Positions 1-14,049 of a DNA stretch of 64,000 nt are shown here, piece by piece. Below the pieces are notes generated by a model. That model did not search any database, was not told where the DNA came from, and was given only the letters and a program-made list of their open reading frames with translations. The first letter of the stretch is position 1. Each line of letters starts with the position of its first letter. Made by a program: the position numbers and the translations under genes. The stretch is from Eledone cirrhosa (Eukaryota), in the NCBI GenBank assembly GCA_964016885.1, contig OZ024745.1:92008001-92072000 (forward strand). Direction: 5' to 3'.

Positions 1-3000
1 TGTATTACTCTGCCTGAGTATCAAACAGCTCCACTAGATACAGTAAGTTATGTTATTCTGTCTGAGTATCAAACAGCTCCACTAGATACAGTAAGTTATA
101 TTACTCTGTCTGAGTATCAAACAGCTCCACTAGATACAGTAAGTTATATTACTCTGCCTGAGTATCAAACAGCTCCACTAGATACAGTAAGTTATATTAC
201 TCTGCCTGAGTATCAAACAGCTCCACTAGATACAGTAAGTTATATTACTCTGTCTGAGTATCAAACAGCTCCACTAGATACAGTAGGTTATATTACTCTG
301 CCTGAGTATCAAACAGCTCCCCTAGATACAGTAGGTTATATTACTCTGTCTGAGTATCAAACAGCTCCACTAGATACAGTAATTATATTACTCTGTCTGA
401 GTATCAAACATCTCCACTTGATACAGTAAGTTATATTACTCTGCCTGAGTTTCAAACAGCTCCACTAGATACAGTAAGTTATATTACTCTGCCTGAGTAT
501 CAAGCAGCTCCACTAGATACAGTAAGTTATATTACTCTGTCTGAGTATCAAACAGCTCCACTAGATACAGTAAGTTTTATTACTCTGCCTGAGTATCAAA
601 CAGCTCCACTAGATACAGTAAGTTATATTACTCTGCCTGAGTATCAAACAGCTCCACTAGATACAGTAAGTTATATTACTCTGCCTGAGTATCAAACAGC
701 TCCACTAGATACAGTAAGTTATATTACTCTGCCTGAGTATCAAGCAGCTCCACTAGATACAGTAAGTTATATTACTCTGTCTGAGTATCAAACAGCTCCA
801 CTAGATACAGTAAGTTTTATTACTCTGCTCGAGTATCAAACAGCTCCACTAGATACAGTAAGTTATATTACTCTGCCTGAATATCAAACAGCTCCACTAG
901 AGACAGTAAGTTATATTACTCTGTCTGAGTATCAAACAGCTCCACTAGATACAGTAAGTTATATTACTCTGTCTGAGTATCAAACAGCTCCACTTGATAC
1001 AGTAAGTTATATTACTCTGTCTGATTATCAAACAGCTCCCCCAGATACAGTAAGTTATTTTACTCTGCCTGAGTATCAAACAGCTCCACTAGATACAGTA
1101 AGTTATATTATTCTGTCTGAGTATCAAACAGCTCCACTAGATACAGTAAGTTATATTACTCTGTCTGAGTATCAAACAGCTCCACTAAATACAGTAAGTT
1201 ATATTACTCTGTCTGCGTATCAAACAGCTCCACTAGATACAGTAAGTTATATTACTCTGTCTGAGTATCAAACAGCTCCACTAGATAAAGTAAGTTATAT
1301 TACTCTGCCTGAGTATTAAACAGCTCCACTAGATACTGTAAGTTATATTACTCTGTCTGCGTATCAAACAGCTCCACTAGATACAGTAAGTTATATTACT
1401 CTGTCTGAGTATCAAACCGCTCCACTAGATACAGTAAGTTATATTACTCTGCCTGAGTATCAAACAGCTCCCCCAGATACAGTAAGTTATATTACTCTGC
1501 CTGAGTATCAAACAGCTCCACTAGATACAGTAAGTTATATTATTCTGTCTGAGTATCAAACAGCTCCACTAGATACAGTAAGTTATATTACTCTGTCTGA
1601 GTATCAAACAGCTCCACTAGATACAGTAAGTTATATTACTCTGCCTCAGTATCAAACAGCTCCACTAGATACAGTAAGTTATATTACTCAGCCTGAGTAT
1701 CAAACAGCTCCACTAGATACAGTAAGTTATATTACTCTGTCTGAGTATCAAACAGCTCCACTATATACAGTAGGTTATATTACTCTGCCTGAGTATCAAA
1801 CAGCTCCCCTAGATACAGTAGGTTATATTACTCTGCCTGAGTATCAAACAGCTCCACTAGATACAGTAAGTTATATTACTCTGCCTGAGTATCAAACAGC
1901 TCCACTAGATACAGTAAGTTATATTACTCTGCCTGAGTATCAAACAGCTCCACTAGATAAAGTAAGTTATATTACTCTGCCTGAGTATCAAACAGCTCCA
2001 CTAGATACTGTAAGTTATATTACTCTGTCTGCGTATCAAACAGCTCCACTGGATACAGTAAGTTATATTACTCTGTCTGAGTATCAAACCGCTCCACTAG
2101 ATACAGTAAGTTATATTACTGTGCCTGAGTATCAAACAGCTCCACTAGATAAAGTAAGTTATATTACTCTGCCTGAGTATCAAACAGCTCCACTAGATAA
2201 AGTAAGTTATATTACTCTGCCTGAGTATCAAACAGCTCCACTAGATACAGTAAGTTATATTACTCTGCCTGAGTATCAAACAGCTCCACTAGATACAGTA
2301 AGTTATATTACTCTGTCTGATTATGAAACAGCTCCACTAGATACAGTAAGTTATATTACTCTGCCTGAGTATCAAACAGCTCCCCCAGATACAGTAAGTT
2401 GTATTACTCTGCCTGAGTATCAAACAGCTCCACTAGATACAGTAAGTTATGTTATTCTGTCTGAGTATCAAACAGCTCCACTAGATACAGTAAGTTATAT
2501 TACTCTGTCTGAGTATCAAACAGCTCCACTAGATACAGTAAGTTATATTACTCTGCCTGAGTATCAAACAGCTCCACTAGATACAGTAAGTTATATTACT
2601 CTGCCTGAGTATCAAACAGCTCCACTAGATACAGTAAGTTATATTACTCTGTCTGAGTATCAAACAGCTCCACTAGATACAGTAGGTTATATTACTCTGC
2701 CTGAGTATCAAACAGCTCCCCTAGATACAGTAGGTTATATTACTCTGTCTGAGTATCAAACAGCTCCACTAGATACAGTAATTATATTACTCTGTCTGAG
2801 TATCAAACATCTCCACTTGATACAGTAAGTTATATTACTCTGCCTGAGTTTCAAACAGCTCCACTAGATACAGTAAGTTATATTACTCTGCCTGAGTATC
2901 AAGCAGCTCCACTAGATACAGTAAGTTATATTACTCTGTCTGAGTATCAAACAGCTCCACTAGATACAGTAAGTTTTATTACTCTGCCTGAGTATCAAAC

Positions 3001-4358
3001 AGCTCCACTAGATACAGTAAGTTATATTACTCTGCCTGAGTATCAAACAGCTCCACTAGATACAGTAAGTTATATTACTCTGCCTGAGTATCAAACAGCT
3101 CCACTAGATACAGTAAGTTATATTACTCTGCCTGAGTATCAAGCAGCTCCACTAGATACAGTAAGTTATATTACTCTGTCTGAGTATCAAACAGCTCCAC
3201 TAGATACAGTAAGTTTTATTACTCTGCTCGAGTATCAAACAGCTCCACTAGATACAGTAAGTTATATTACTCTGCCTGAATATCAAACAGCTCCACTAGA
3301 GACAGTAAGTTATATTACTCTGTCTGAGTATCAAACAGCTCCACTAGATACAGTAAGTTATATTACTCTGTCTGAGTATCAAACAGCTCCACTTGATACA
3401 GTAAGTTATATTACTCTGTCTGATTATCAAACAGCTCCCCCAGATACAGTAAGTTATTTTACTCTGCCTGAGTATCAAACAGCTCCACTAGATACAGTAA
3501 GTTATATTATTCTGTCTGAGTATCAAACAGCTCCACTAGATACAGTAAGTTATATTACTCTGTCTGAGTATCAAACAGCTCCACTAAATACAGTAAGTTA
3601 TATTACTCTGTCTGCGTATCAAACAGCTCCACTAGATACAGTAAGTTATATTACTCTGTCTGAGTATCAAACAGCTCCACTAGATAAAGTAAGTTATATT
3701 ACTCTGCCTGAGTATTAAACAGCTCCACTAGATACTGTAAGTTATATTACTCTGTCTGCGTATCAAACAGCTCCACTAGATACAGTAAGTTATATTACTC
3801 TGTCTGAGTATCAAACCGCTCCACTAGATACAGTAAGTTATATTACTCTGCCTGAGTATCAAACAGCTCCCCCAGATACAGTAAGTTATATTACTCTGCC
3901 TGAGTATCAAACAGCTCCACTAGATACAGTAAGTTATATTATTCTGTCTGAGTATCAAACAGCTCCACTAGATACAGTAAGTTATATTACTCTGTCTGAG
4001 TATCAAACAGCTCCACTAGATACAGTAAGTTATATTACTCTGCCTCAGTATCAAACAGCTCCACTAGATACAGTAAGTTATATTACTCAGCCTGAGTATC
4101 AAACAGCTCCACTAGATACAGTAAGTTATATTACTCTGTCTGAGTATCAAACAGCTCCACTATATACAGTAGGTTATATTACTCTGCCTGAGTATCAAAC
4201 AGCTCCCCTAGATACAGTAGGTTATATTACTCTGCCTGAGTATCAAACAGCTCCACTAGATACAGTAAGTTATATTACTCTGCCTGAGTATCAAACAGCT
4301 CCACTAGATACAGTAAGTTATATTACTCTGCCTGAGTATCAAACAGCTCCACTAGATA
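1..4358. repeat. Higher-order duplication, 50-monomer period (2399 bp): 1-1959 recurs at 2400-4358
   Basis: Rare markers at offset 2399: 1-bp deletion 382/2781, CTCGAG 828/3227, TAA 1317/3716, CTG>CAG 1690/4089. The copies diverge at 1960/4359. Confidence 0.9.
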
Positions 4359-4999
4359 CAGTAAGTTATATTACTCTGCCTGAGTATCAAGCAGCTCCAC
4401 TAGATACAGTAAGTTATATTACTCTGTCTGAGTATCAAACAGCTCCACTAGATACAGTAAGTTTTATTACTCTGCCTGAGTATCAAACAGCTCCACTAGA
4501 TACAGTAAGTTATATTACTCTGCCTGAATATCAAACAGCTCCACTAGAGACAGTAAGTTATATTACTCTGCCTGAGTATCAAACAGCTCCACTAGATAAA
4601 CTAAGTTATATTACTCTGCCTGAGTATCAAACAGCTCCACTAGATACAGTAAGTTATATTACTCTGTCTGAGTATCAAACAGCTCCACTAGATAAAGTAA
4701 GTTATATTACTCTGCCTGAGTATCAAGCAGCTCCACTAGATACAGTAAGTTATATTATTCTGTCTGATTATCAAACAGCTCCACTAGATACAGTAAGTTA
4801 TATTACTCTGTCTGAGTATCAAACAGCTCCACTAGATAAAGTAAGTTATATTACTCTGCCTGAGTATCAAACAGCTCCACTAAATACTGTAAGTTATATT
4901 ACTCTGTCTGCGTATCAAACAGCTCCACTAGATACAGTAAGTTATATTACTCTGTCTGAGTATCAAACCGCTCCACTAGATACAGTAAGTTATATTACT

Positions 5000-7900
5000 G
5001 TGCCTGAGTATCAAACAGCTCCACTAGATAAAGTAAGTTATATTACTCTGCCTGAGTATCAAACAGCTCCACTAGATAAAGTAAGTTATATTACTCTGCC
5101 TGAGTATCAAACAGCTCCACTAGATACAGTAAGTTATATTACTCTGCCTGAGTATCAAACAGCTCCACTAGATACAGTAAGTTATATTACTCTGTCTGAT
5201 TATCAAACAGCTCCACTAGATACAGTAAGTTATATTACTCTGCCTGAGTATCAAACAGCTCCCCCAGATACAGTAAGTTGTATTACTCTGCCTGAGTATC
5301 AAACAGCTCCACTAGATACAGTAAGTTATGTTATTCTGTCTGAGTATCAAACAGCTCCACTAGATACAGTAAGTTATATTACTCTGTCTGAGTATCAAAC
5401 AGCTCCACTAGATACAGTAAGTTATATTACTCTGCCTGAGTATCAAACAGCTCCACTAGATACAGTAAGTTATATTACTCTGCCTGAGTATCAAACAGCT
5501 CCACTAGATACAGTAAGTTATATTACTCTGCCTGAGTATCAAGCAGCTCCACTAGATACAGTAAGTTATATTACTCTGTCTGAGTATCAAACAGCTCCAC
5601 TAGATACAGTAAGTTTTATTACTCTGCCTGAGTATCAAACAGCTCCACTAGATACAGTAAGTTATATTACTCTGCCTGAATATCAAACAGCTCCACTAGA
5701 GACAGTAAGTTATATTACTCTGCCTGAGTATCAAACAGCTCCACTAGATAAACTAAGTTATATTACTCTGCCTGAGTATCAAACAGCTCCACTAGATACA
5801 GTAAGTTATATTACTCTGTCTGAGTATCAAACAGCTCCACTAGATACAGTAAGTTATATTACTCTGCCTGAGTATCAAGCAGCTCCACTAGATACAGTAA
5901 GTTATATTACTCTGTCTGATTATCAAACAGCTCCACTAGATACAGTAAGTTATATTACTCTGTCTGAGTATCAAATGGCTCCACTAGATACAGTAAGTTA
6001 TATTACTCTGCCTGCGTATCAAACAGCTCCACTAGATACAGTAAGTTATATTACTCTGCCTGAGTATCAAACAGCTCCACTAGATACTGTAAGTTATATT
6101 ACTCTGTCTGCGTATCAAACAGCTCCACTAGATACAGTAAGTTATATTACTCTGTCTGAGTATCAAACCGCTCCACTAGATACAGTAAGTTATATTACTG
6201 TGCCTGAGTATCAAACAGCTCCACTAGATAAAGTAAGTTATATTACTCTGCCTGAGTATCAAACAGCTCCACTAGATAAAGTAAGTTATATTACTCTGCC
6301 TGAGTATCAAACAGCTCCACTAGATACAGTAAGTTATATTACTCAGCCTGAGTATCAAACAGCTCCACTAGATACAGTAAGTTATATTACTCTGTCTGAG
6401 TATCAAACAGCTCCACTATATACAGTAGGTTATATTACTCTGCCTGAGTATCAAACAGCTCCCCTAGATACAGTAGGTTATATTACTCTGCCTGAGTATC
6501 AAACAGCTCCACTAGATACAGTAAGTTATATTACTCTGCCTGAGTATCAAACAGCTCCACTAGATACAGTAAGTTATATTACTCTGCCTGAGTATCAAAC
6601 AGCTCCACTAGATACAGTAAGTTATATTACTCTGCCTGAGTATCAAGCAGCTCCACTAGATACAGTAAGTTATATTACTCTGTCTGAGTATCAAACAGCT
6701 CCACTAGATACAGTAAGTTTTATTACTCTGCCTGAGTATCAAACAGCTCCACTAGATACAGTAAGTTATATTACTCTGCCTGAATATCAAACAGCTCCAC
6801 TAGAGACAGTAAGTTATATTACTCTGCCTGAGTATCAAACAGCTCCACTAGATAAACTAAGTTATATTACTCTGCCTGAGTATCAAACAGCTCCACTAGA
6901 TACAGTAAGTTATATTACTCTGTCTGAGTATCAAACAGCTCCACTAGATAAAGTAAGTTATATTACTCTGCCTGAGTATCAAGCAGCTCCACTAGATACA
7001 GTAAGTTATATTACTCTGTCTGATTATCAAACAGCTCCACTAGATACAGTAAGTTATATTACTCTGTCTGAGTATCAAACAGCTCCACTAGATAAAGTAA
7101 GTTATATTACTCTGCCTGAGTATCAAACAGCTCCACTAAATACTGTAAGTTATATTACTCTGTCTGCGTATCAAACAGCTCCACTAGATACAGTAAGTTA
7201 TATTACTCTGCCTGAGTATCAAACAGCTCCCCCAGATACAGTAAGTTGTATTACTCTGCCTGAGTATCAAACAGCTCCACTAGATACAGTAAGTTATGTT
7301 ATTCTGTCTGAGTATCAAACAGCTCCACTAGATACAGTAAGTTATATTACTCTGTCTGAGTATCAAACAGCTCCACTAGATACAGTAAGTTATATTACTC
7401 TGCCTGAGTATCAAACAGCTCCACTAGATACAGTAAGTTATATTACTCTGCCTGAGTATCAAACAGCTCCACTAGATACAGTAAGTTATATTACTCTGCC
7501 TGAGTATCAAGCAGCTCCACTAGATACAGTAAGTTATATTACTCTGTCTGAGTATCAAACAGCTCCACTAGATACAGTAAGTTTTATTACTCTGCCTGAG
7601 TATCAAACAGCTCCACTAGATACAGTAAGTTATATTACTCTGCCTGAATATCAAACAGCTCCACTAGAGACAGTAAGTTATATTACTCTGCCTGAGTATC
7701 AAACAGCTCCACTAGATAAACTAAGTTATATTACTCTGCCTGAGTATCAAACAGCTCCACTAGATACAGTAAGTTATATTACTCTGTCTGAGTATCAAAC
7801 AGCTCCACTAGATACAGTAAGTTATATTACTCTGCCTGAGTATCAAGCAGCTCCACTAGATACAGTAAGTTATATTACTCTGTCTGATTATCAAACAGCT

Positions 7901-10900
7901 CCACTAGATACAGTAAGTTATATTACTCTGTCTGAGTATCAAATGGCTCCACTAGATACAGTAAGTTATATTACTCTGCCTGCGTATCAAACAGCTCCAC
8001 TAGATACAGTAAGTTATATTACTCTGCCTGAGTATCAAACAGCTCCACTAGATACTGTAAGTTATATTACTCTGTCTGCGTATCAAACAGCTCCACTAGA
8101 TACAGTAAGTTATATTACTCTGTCTGAGTATCAAACCGCTCCACTAGATACAGTAAGTTATATTACTGTGCCTGAGTATCAAACAGCTCCACTAGATAAA
8201 GTAAGTTATATTACTCTGCCTGAGTATCAAACAGCTCCACTAGATAAAGTAAGTTATATTACTCTGCCTGAGTATCAAACAGCTCCACTAGATACAGTAA
8301 GTTATATTACTCAGCCTGAGTATCAAACAGCTCCACTAGATACAGTAAGTTATATTACTCTGTCTGAGTATCAAACAGCTCCACTATATACAGTAGGTTA
8401 TATTACTCTGCCTGAGTATCAAACAGCTCCCCTAGATACAGTAGGTTATATTACTCTGCCTGAGTATCAAACAGCTCCACTAGATACAGTAAGTTATATT
8501 ACTCTGCCTGAGTATCAAACAGCTCCACTAGATACAGTAAGTTATATTACTCTGCCTGAGTATCAAACAGCTCCACTAGATACAGTAAGTTATATTACTC
8601 TGCCTGAGTATCAAGCAGCTCCACTAGATACAGTAAGTTATATTACTCTGTCTGAGTATCAAACAGCTCCACTAGATACAGTAAGTTTTATTACTCTGCC
8701 TGAGTATCAAACAGCTCCACTAGATACAGTAAGTTATATTACTCTGCCTGAATATCAAACAGCTCCACTAGAGACAGTAAGTTATATTACTCTGCCTGAG
8801 TATCAAACAGCTCCACTAGATAAACTAAGTTATATTACTCTGCCTGAGTATCAAACAGCTCCACTAGATACAGTAAGTTATATTACTCTGTCTGAGTATC
8901 AAACAGCTCCACTAGATAAAGTAAGTTATATTACTCTGCCTGAGTATCAAGCAGCTCCACTAGATACAGTAAGTTATATTACTCTGTCTGATTATCAAAC
9001 AGCTCCACTAGATACAGTAAGTTATATTACTCTGTCTGAGTATCAAACAGCTCCACTAGATAAAGTAAGTTATATTACTCTGCCTGAGTATCAAACAGCT
9101 CCACTAAATACTGTAAGTTATATTACTCTGTCTGCGTATCAAACAGCTCCACTAGATACAGTAAGTTATATTACTCTGTCTGAGTATCAAACCGCTCCAC
9201 TAGATACAGTAAGTTATATTACTGTGCCTGAGTATCAAACAGCTCCACTAGATAAAGTAAGTTATATTACTCTGCCTGAGTATCAAACAGCTCCACTAGA
9301 TAAAGTAAGTTATATTACTCTGCCTGAGTATCAAACAGCTCCACTAGATACAGTAAGTTATATTACTCTGCCTGAGTATCAAACAGCTCCACTAGATACA
9401 GTAAGTTATATTACTCTGTCTGATTATCAAACAGCTCCACTAGATACAGTAAGTTATATTACTCTGCCTGAGTATCAAACAGCTCCCCCAGATACAGTAA
9501 GTTGTATTACTCTGCCTGAGTATCAAACAGCTCCACTAGATACAGTAAGTTATGTTATTCTGTCTGAGTATCAAACAGCTCCACTAGATACAGTAAGTTA
9601 TATTACTCTGTCTGAGTATCAAACAGCTCCACTAGATACAGTAAGTTATATTACTCTGCCTGAGTATCAAACAGCTCCACTAGATACAGTAAGTTATATT
9701 ACTCTGCCTGAGTATCAAACAGCTCCACTAGATACAGTAAGTTATATTACTCTGCCTGAGTATCAAGCAGCTCCACTAGATACAGTAAGTTATATTACTC
9801 TGTCTGAGTATCAAACAGCTCCACTAGATACAGTAAGTTTTATTACTCTGCCTGAGTATCAAACAGCTCCACTAGATACAGTAAGTTATATTACTCTGCC
9901 TGAATATCAAACAGCTCCACTAGAGACAGTAAGTTATATTACTCTGCCTGAGTATCAAACAGCTCCACTAGATAAACTAAGTTATATTACTCTGCCTGAG
10001 TATCAAACAGCTCCACTAGATACAGTAAGTTATATTACTCTGTCTGAGTATCAAACAGCTCCACTAGATACAGTAAGTTATATTACTCTGCCTGAGTATC
10101 AAGCAGCTCCACTAGATACAGTAAGTTATATTACTCTGTCTGATTATCAAACAGCTCCACTAGATACAGTAAGTTATATTACTCTGTCTGAGTATCAAAT
10201 GGCTCCACTAGATACAGTAAGTTATATTACTCTGCCTGCGTATCAAACAGCTCCACTAGATACAGTAAGTTATATTACTCTGCCTGAGTATCAAACAGCT
10301 CCACTAGATACTGTAAGTTATATTACTCTGTCTGCGTATCAAACAGCTCCACTAGATACAGTAAGTTATATTACTCTGTCTGAGTATCAAACCGCTCCAC
10401 TAGATACAGTAAGTTATATTACTGTGCCTGAGTATCAAACAGCTCCACTAGATAAAGTAAGTTATATTACTCTGCCTGAGTATCAAACAGCTCCACTAGA
10501 TAAAGTAAGTTATATTACTCTGCCTGAGTATCAAACAGCTCCACTAGATACAGTAAGTTATATTACTCTGCCTGAGTATCAAACAGCTCCACTAGATACA
10601 GTAAGTTATATTACTCTGTCTGATTATCAAACAGCTCCACTAGATACAGTAAGTTATATTACTCTGCCTGAGTATCAAACAGCTCCCCCAGATACAGTAA
10701 GTTGTATTACTCTGCCTGAGTATCAAACAGCTCCACTAGATACAGTAAGTTATGTTATTCTGTCTGAGTATCAAACAGCTCCACTAGATACAGTAAGTTA
10801 TATTACTCTGTCTGAGTATCAAACAGCTCCACTAGATACAGTAAGTTATATTACTCTGCCTGAGTATCAAACAGCTCCACTAGATACAGTAAGTTATATT

Positions 10901-11122
10901 ACTCTGCCTGAGTATCAAACAGCTCCACTAGATACAGTAAGTTATATTACTCTGTCTGAGTATCAAACAGCTCCACTAGATACAGTAGGTTATATTACTC
11001 TGCCTGAGTATCAAACAGCTCCCCTAGATACAGTAGGTTATATTACTCTGTCTGAGTATCAAACAGCTCCACTAGATACAGTAATTATATTACTCTGTCT
11101 GAGTATCCAACATCTCCACTAG
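5000..11122 (+). other. Repeat-derived ORF (2040 aa of a 16-aa repeat); most likely not a gene. The same applies to the 11 shorter ORFs in the track
   Basis: The start is a CTG>GTG variant inside a monomer, and the frame is already open from 3719. The ORF ends through a 1-bp deletion near 11084. It has no unique N- or C-terminal domain, and paralogous blocks carry TAA stops and frameshifts. Confidence refers to the non-coding call. Confidence 0.85.
5201..9178. repeat. Higher-order tandem duplication, 41-monomer period (1968 bp)
   Basis: Markers at offset 1968: CCCCC 5261/7229, ATG 5975/7943, CTG>CAG 6345/8313. An overlapping 88-monomer offset (4224 bp) links GTG 5000/9224 and ATG 5975/10199. 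Confidence 0.88.
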
Positions 11123-14049
11123 ATACAGTAAGTTATATTACTCTGCCTGAGTTTCAAACAGCTCCACTAGATTCAGTAAGTTATATTACTCTGCCTGAGT
11201 ATCAAGCAGCTCCACTAGATACAGTAAGTTATATTACTCTGTCTGAGTATCAAACAGCTCCACTAGATACAGTAAGTTTTATTACTCTGCCTGAGTATCA
11301 AACAGCTCCACTAGATACAGTAAGTTATATTACTCTGCCTGAGTATCAAACAGCTCCACTAGATACAGTAAGTTATATTACTCTGCCTGAGTATCAAACA
11401 GCTCCACTAGATACAGTAAGTTATATTACTCTGCCTGAGTATCAAGCAGCTCCACTAGATACAGTAAGTTATATTACTCTGTCTGAGTATCAAACAGCTC
11501 CACTAGATACAGTAAGTTTTATTACTCTGCCTGAGTATCAAACAGCTCCACTAGATACAGTAAGTTATATTAGTCTGCCTGAATATCAAACAGCTCCACT
11601 AGAGACAGTAAGTTATATTACTCTGTCTGAGTATCAAACAGCTCCACTAGATACAGTAAGTTATATTACTCTGTCTGAGTATCAAACAGCTCCACTAGAT
11701 ACTGTAAGTTATATTACTCTGTCTGCATATCAAACAGCTCCACTATATACAGTAAGTTATATTCCTCTGTCTGAGTATCAAACAGCTCCACTAGATACAG
11801 TAAGTTATATTACTCTGCCTGAGTATCAAACAGCTCCACTAGATAAACTAAGTTATATTACTCTGCCTGAGTATCAAACAGCTCCACTAGATACAGTAAG
11901 TTATATTACTCTGTCTGAGTATCAAACAGCTCCACTAGATACAGTAAGTTATATTACTCTGCCTGAGTATCAAACAGCTCCACTTGATACAGTAAGTTAT
12001 ATTACTCTGTCTGATTATCAAACAGCTCCCCCAGATACAGTAAGTTATTTTACTCTGCCTGAGTATCAAACAGCTCCACTAGATACAGTAAGTTATATTA
12101 TTCTGTCTGAGTATCAAACAGCTCCACTAGATACAGTAAGTTATATTACTCTGTCTGAGTATCAAACAGCTCCACTAGATACAGTAAGTTATATTACTCT
12201 GCCTGAGTATCAAGCAGCTCCACTAGATACAGTAAGTTATATTACTCTGTCTGATTATCAAACAGCTCCACTAGATACAGTAAGTTATATTACTCTGTCT
12301 GAGTATCAAACAGCTCCACTAGATACAGTAAGTTATATTACTCTGCCTGAGTATCAAACAGCTCCACTAGATACAGTAAGTTATATTACTCTGTCTGAGT
12401 ATCAAACACCTCCACTAAATACAGTAAGTTATATTACTCTGTCTGCGTATCAAACAGCTCCACTAGATACAGTAAGTTATATTACTCTGTCTGAGTATCA
12501 AACAGCTCCACTAGATAAAGTAAGTTATATTACTCTGCCTGAGTATCAAACAGCTCCACTAGATACTGTAAGTTATATTACTCTGTCTGCGTATCAAACA
12601 GCTCCACTAGATACAGTAAGTTATATTACTCTGTCTGAGTATCAAACCGCTCCACTAGATACAGTAAGTTATATTACTGTGCCTGAGTATCAAACAGCTC
12701 CACTAGATAAAGTAAGTTATATTACTCTGCCTGAGTATCAAACAGCTCCACTAGATAAAGTAAGTTATATTACTCTGCCTGAGTATCAAACAGCTCCACT
12801 AGATACAGTAAGTTATATTACTCTGCCTGAGTATCAAACAGCTCCACTAGATACAGTAAGTTATATTACTCTGTCTGATTATCAAACAGCTCCACTAGAT
12901 ACAGTAAGTTATATTACTCTGCCTGAGTATCAAACAGCTCCCCCAGATACAGTAAGTTGTATTACTCTGCCTGAGTATCAAACAGCTCCACTAGATACAG
13001 TAAGTTATGTTATTCTGTCTGAGTATCAAACAGCTCCACTAGATACAGTAAGTTATATTACTCTGTCTGAGTATCAAACAGCTCCACTAGATACAGTAAG
13101 TTATATTACTCTGCCTGAGTATCAAACAGCTCCACTAGATACAGTAAGTTATATTACTCTGCCTGAGTATCAAACAGCTCCACTAGATACAGTAAGTTAT
13201 ATTACTCTGTCTGAGTATCAAACAGCTCCACTAGATACAGTAGGTTATATTACTCTGCCTGAGTATCAAACAGCTCCCCTAGATACAGTAGGTTATATTA
13301 CTCTGTCTGAGTATCAAACAGCTCCACTAGATACAGTAATTATATTACTCTGTCTGAGTATCAAACATCTCCACTTGATACAGTAAGTTATATTACTCTG
13401 CCTGAGTTTCAAACAGCTCCACTAGATACAGTAAGTTATATTACTCTGCCTGAGTATCAAGCAGCTCCACTAGATACAGTAAGTTATATTACTCTGTCTG
13501 AGTATCAAACAGCTCCACTAGATACAGTAAGTTATAATACTCTGTCTGAGTATCAAACAGCTCCACTAAATACAGTAAGTTATATTACTCTGTCTGCGTA
13601 TCAAACAGCTCCACTAGATACAGTAAGTTTTATTACTCTGCCTGAGTATCAAACAGCTCCACTAGATACAGTAAGTTATATTACTCTGCCTGAATATCAA
13701 ACAGCTCCACTAGAGGCAGTAAGTTATATTACTCTGCCTGAGTATCAAACAGCTCCACTAGATAAACTAAGTTATATTACTCTGCCTGAGTATCAAACAG
13801 CTCCACTAGATACAGTAAGTTATATTACTCTGTCTGAGTATCATACAGCTCCACTAGATACAGTAAGTTATATTACTCTGCCTGAGTATCAAGCAGCTCC
13901 ACTAGATACAGTAAGTTATATTACTCTGTCTGATTATCAAACAGCTCCACTAGATACAGTAAGTTATATTACTCTGCCTGAGTATCAAACAGCTCCACTA
14001 GATAAACTAAGTTATATTACTCTGCCTGAGTATCAAACAGCTCCACTAG

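Noticed and set aside
37-48. Recursive-splicing ratchet point at ACAGTAAGT
   Set aside because: A ratchet point needs AG followed by GT (AGGT). Here AG and GT share one G.
1-192. Nucleosome phasing (3 x 48 = 144, 4 x 48 = 192) or an internal 24/16-bp subrepeat
   Set aside because: No 3- or 4-monomer periodicity is visible in the variants, and the monomer halves share only short words such as ACAG and AGT.
5000-11122. Ice-nucleation protein, mucin or adhesin with 16-aa repeats
   Set aside because: Only the 48-bp/16-aa period matches InaZ-type proteins. The AGYGST motif and glycine richness are absent, synonymous sites are not preferentially variable, and there is no signal peptide or anchor.
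11084-11122. Hydrophobic C-terminus VIILLCLSI as a membrane anchor
   Set aside because: It is simply the shifted-frame reading of the same monomer after the 1-bp deletion.
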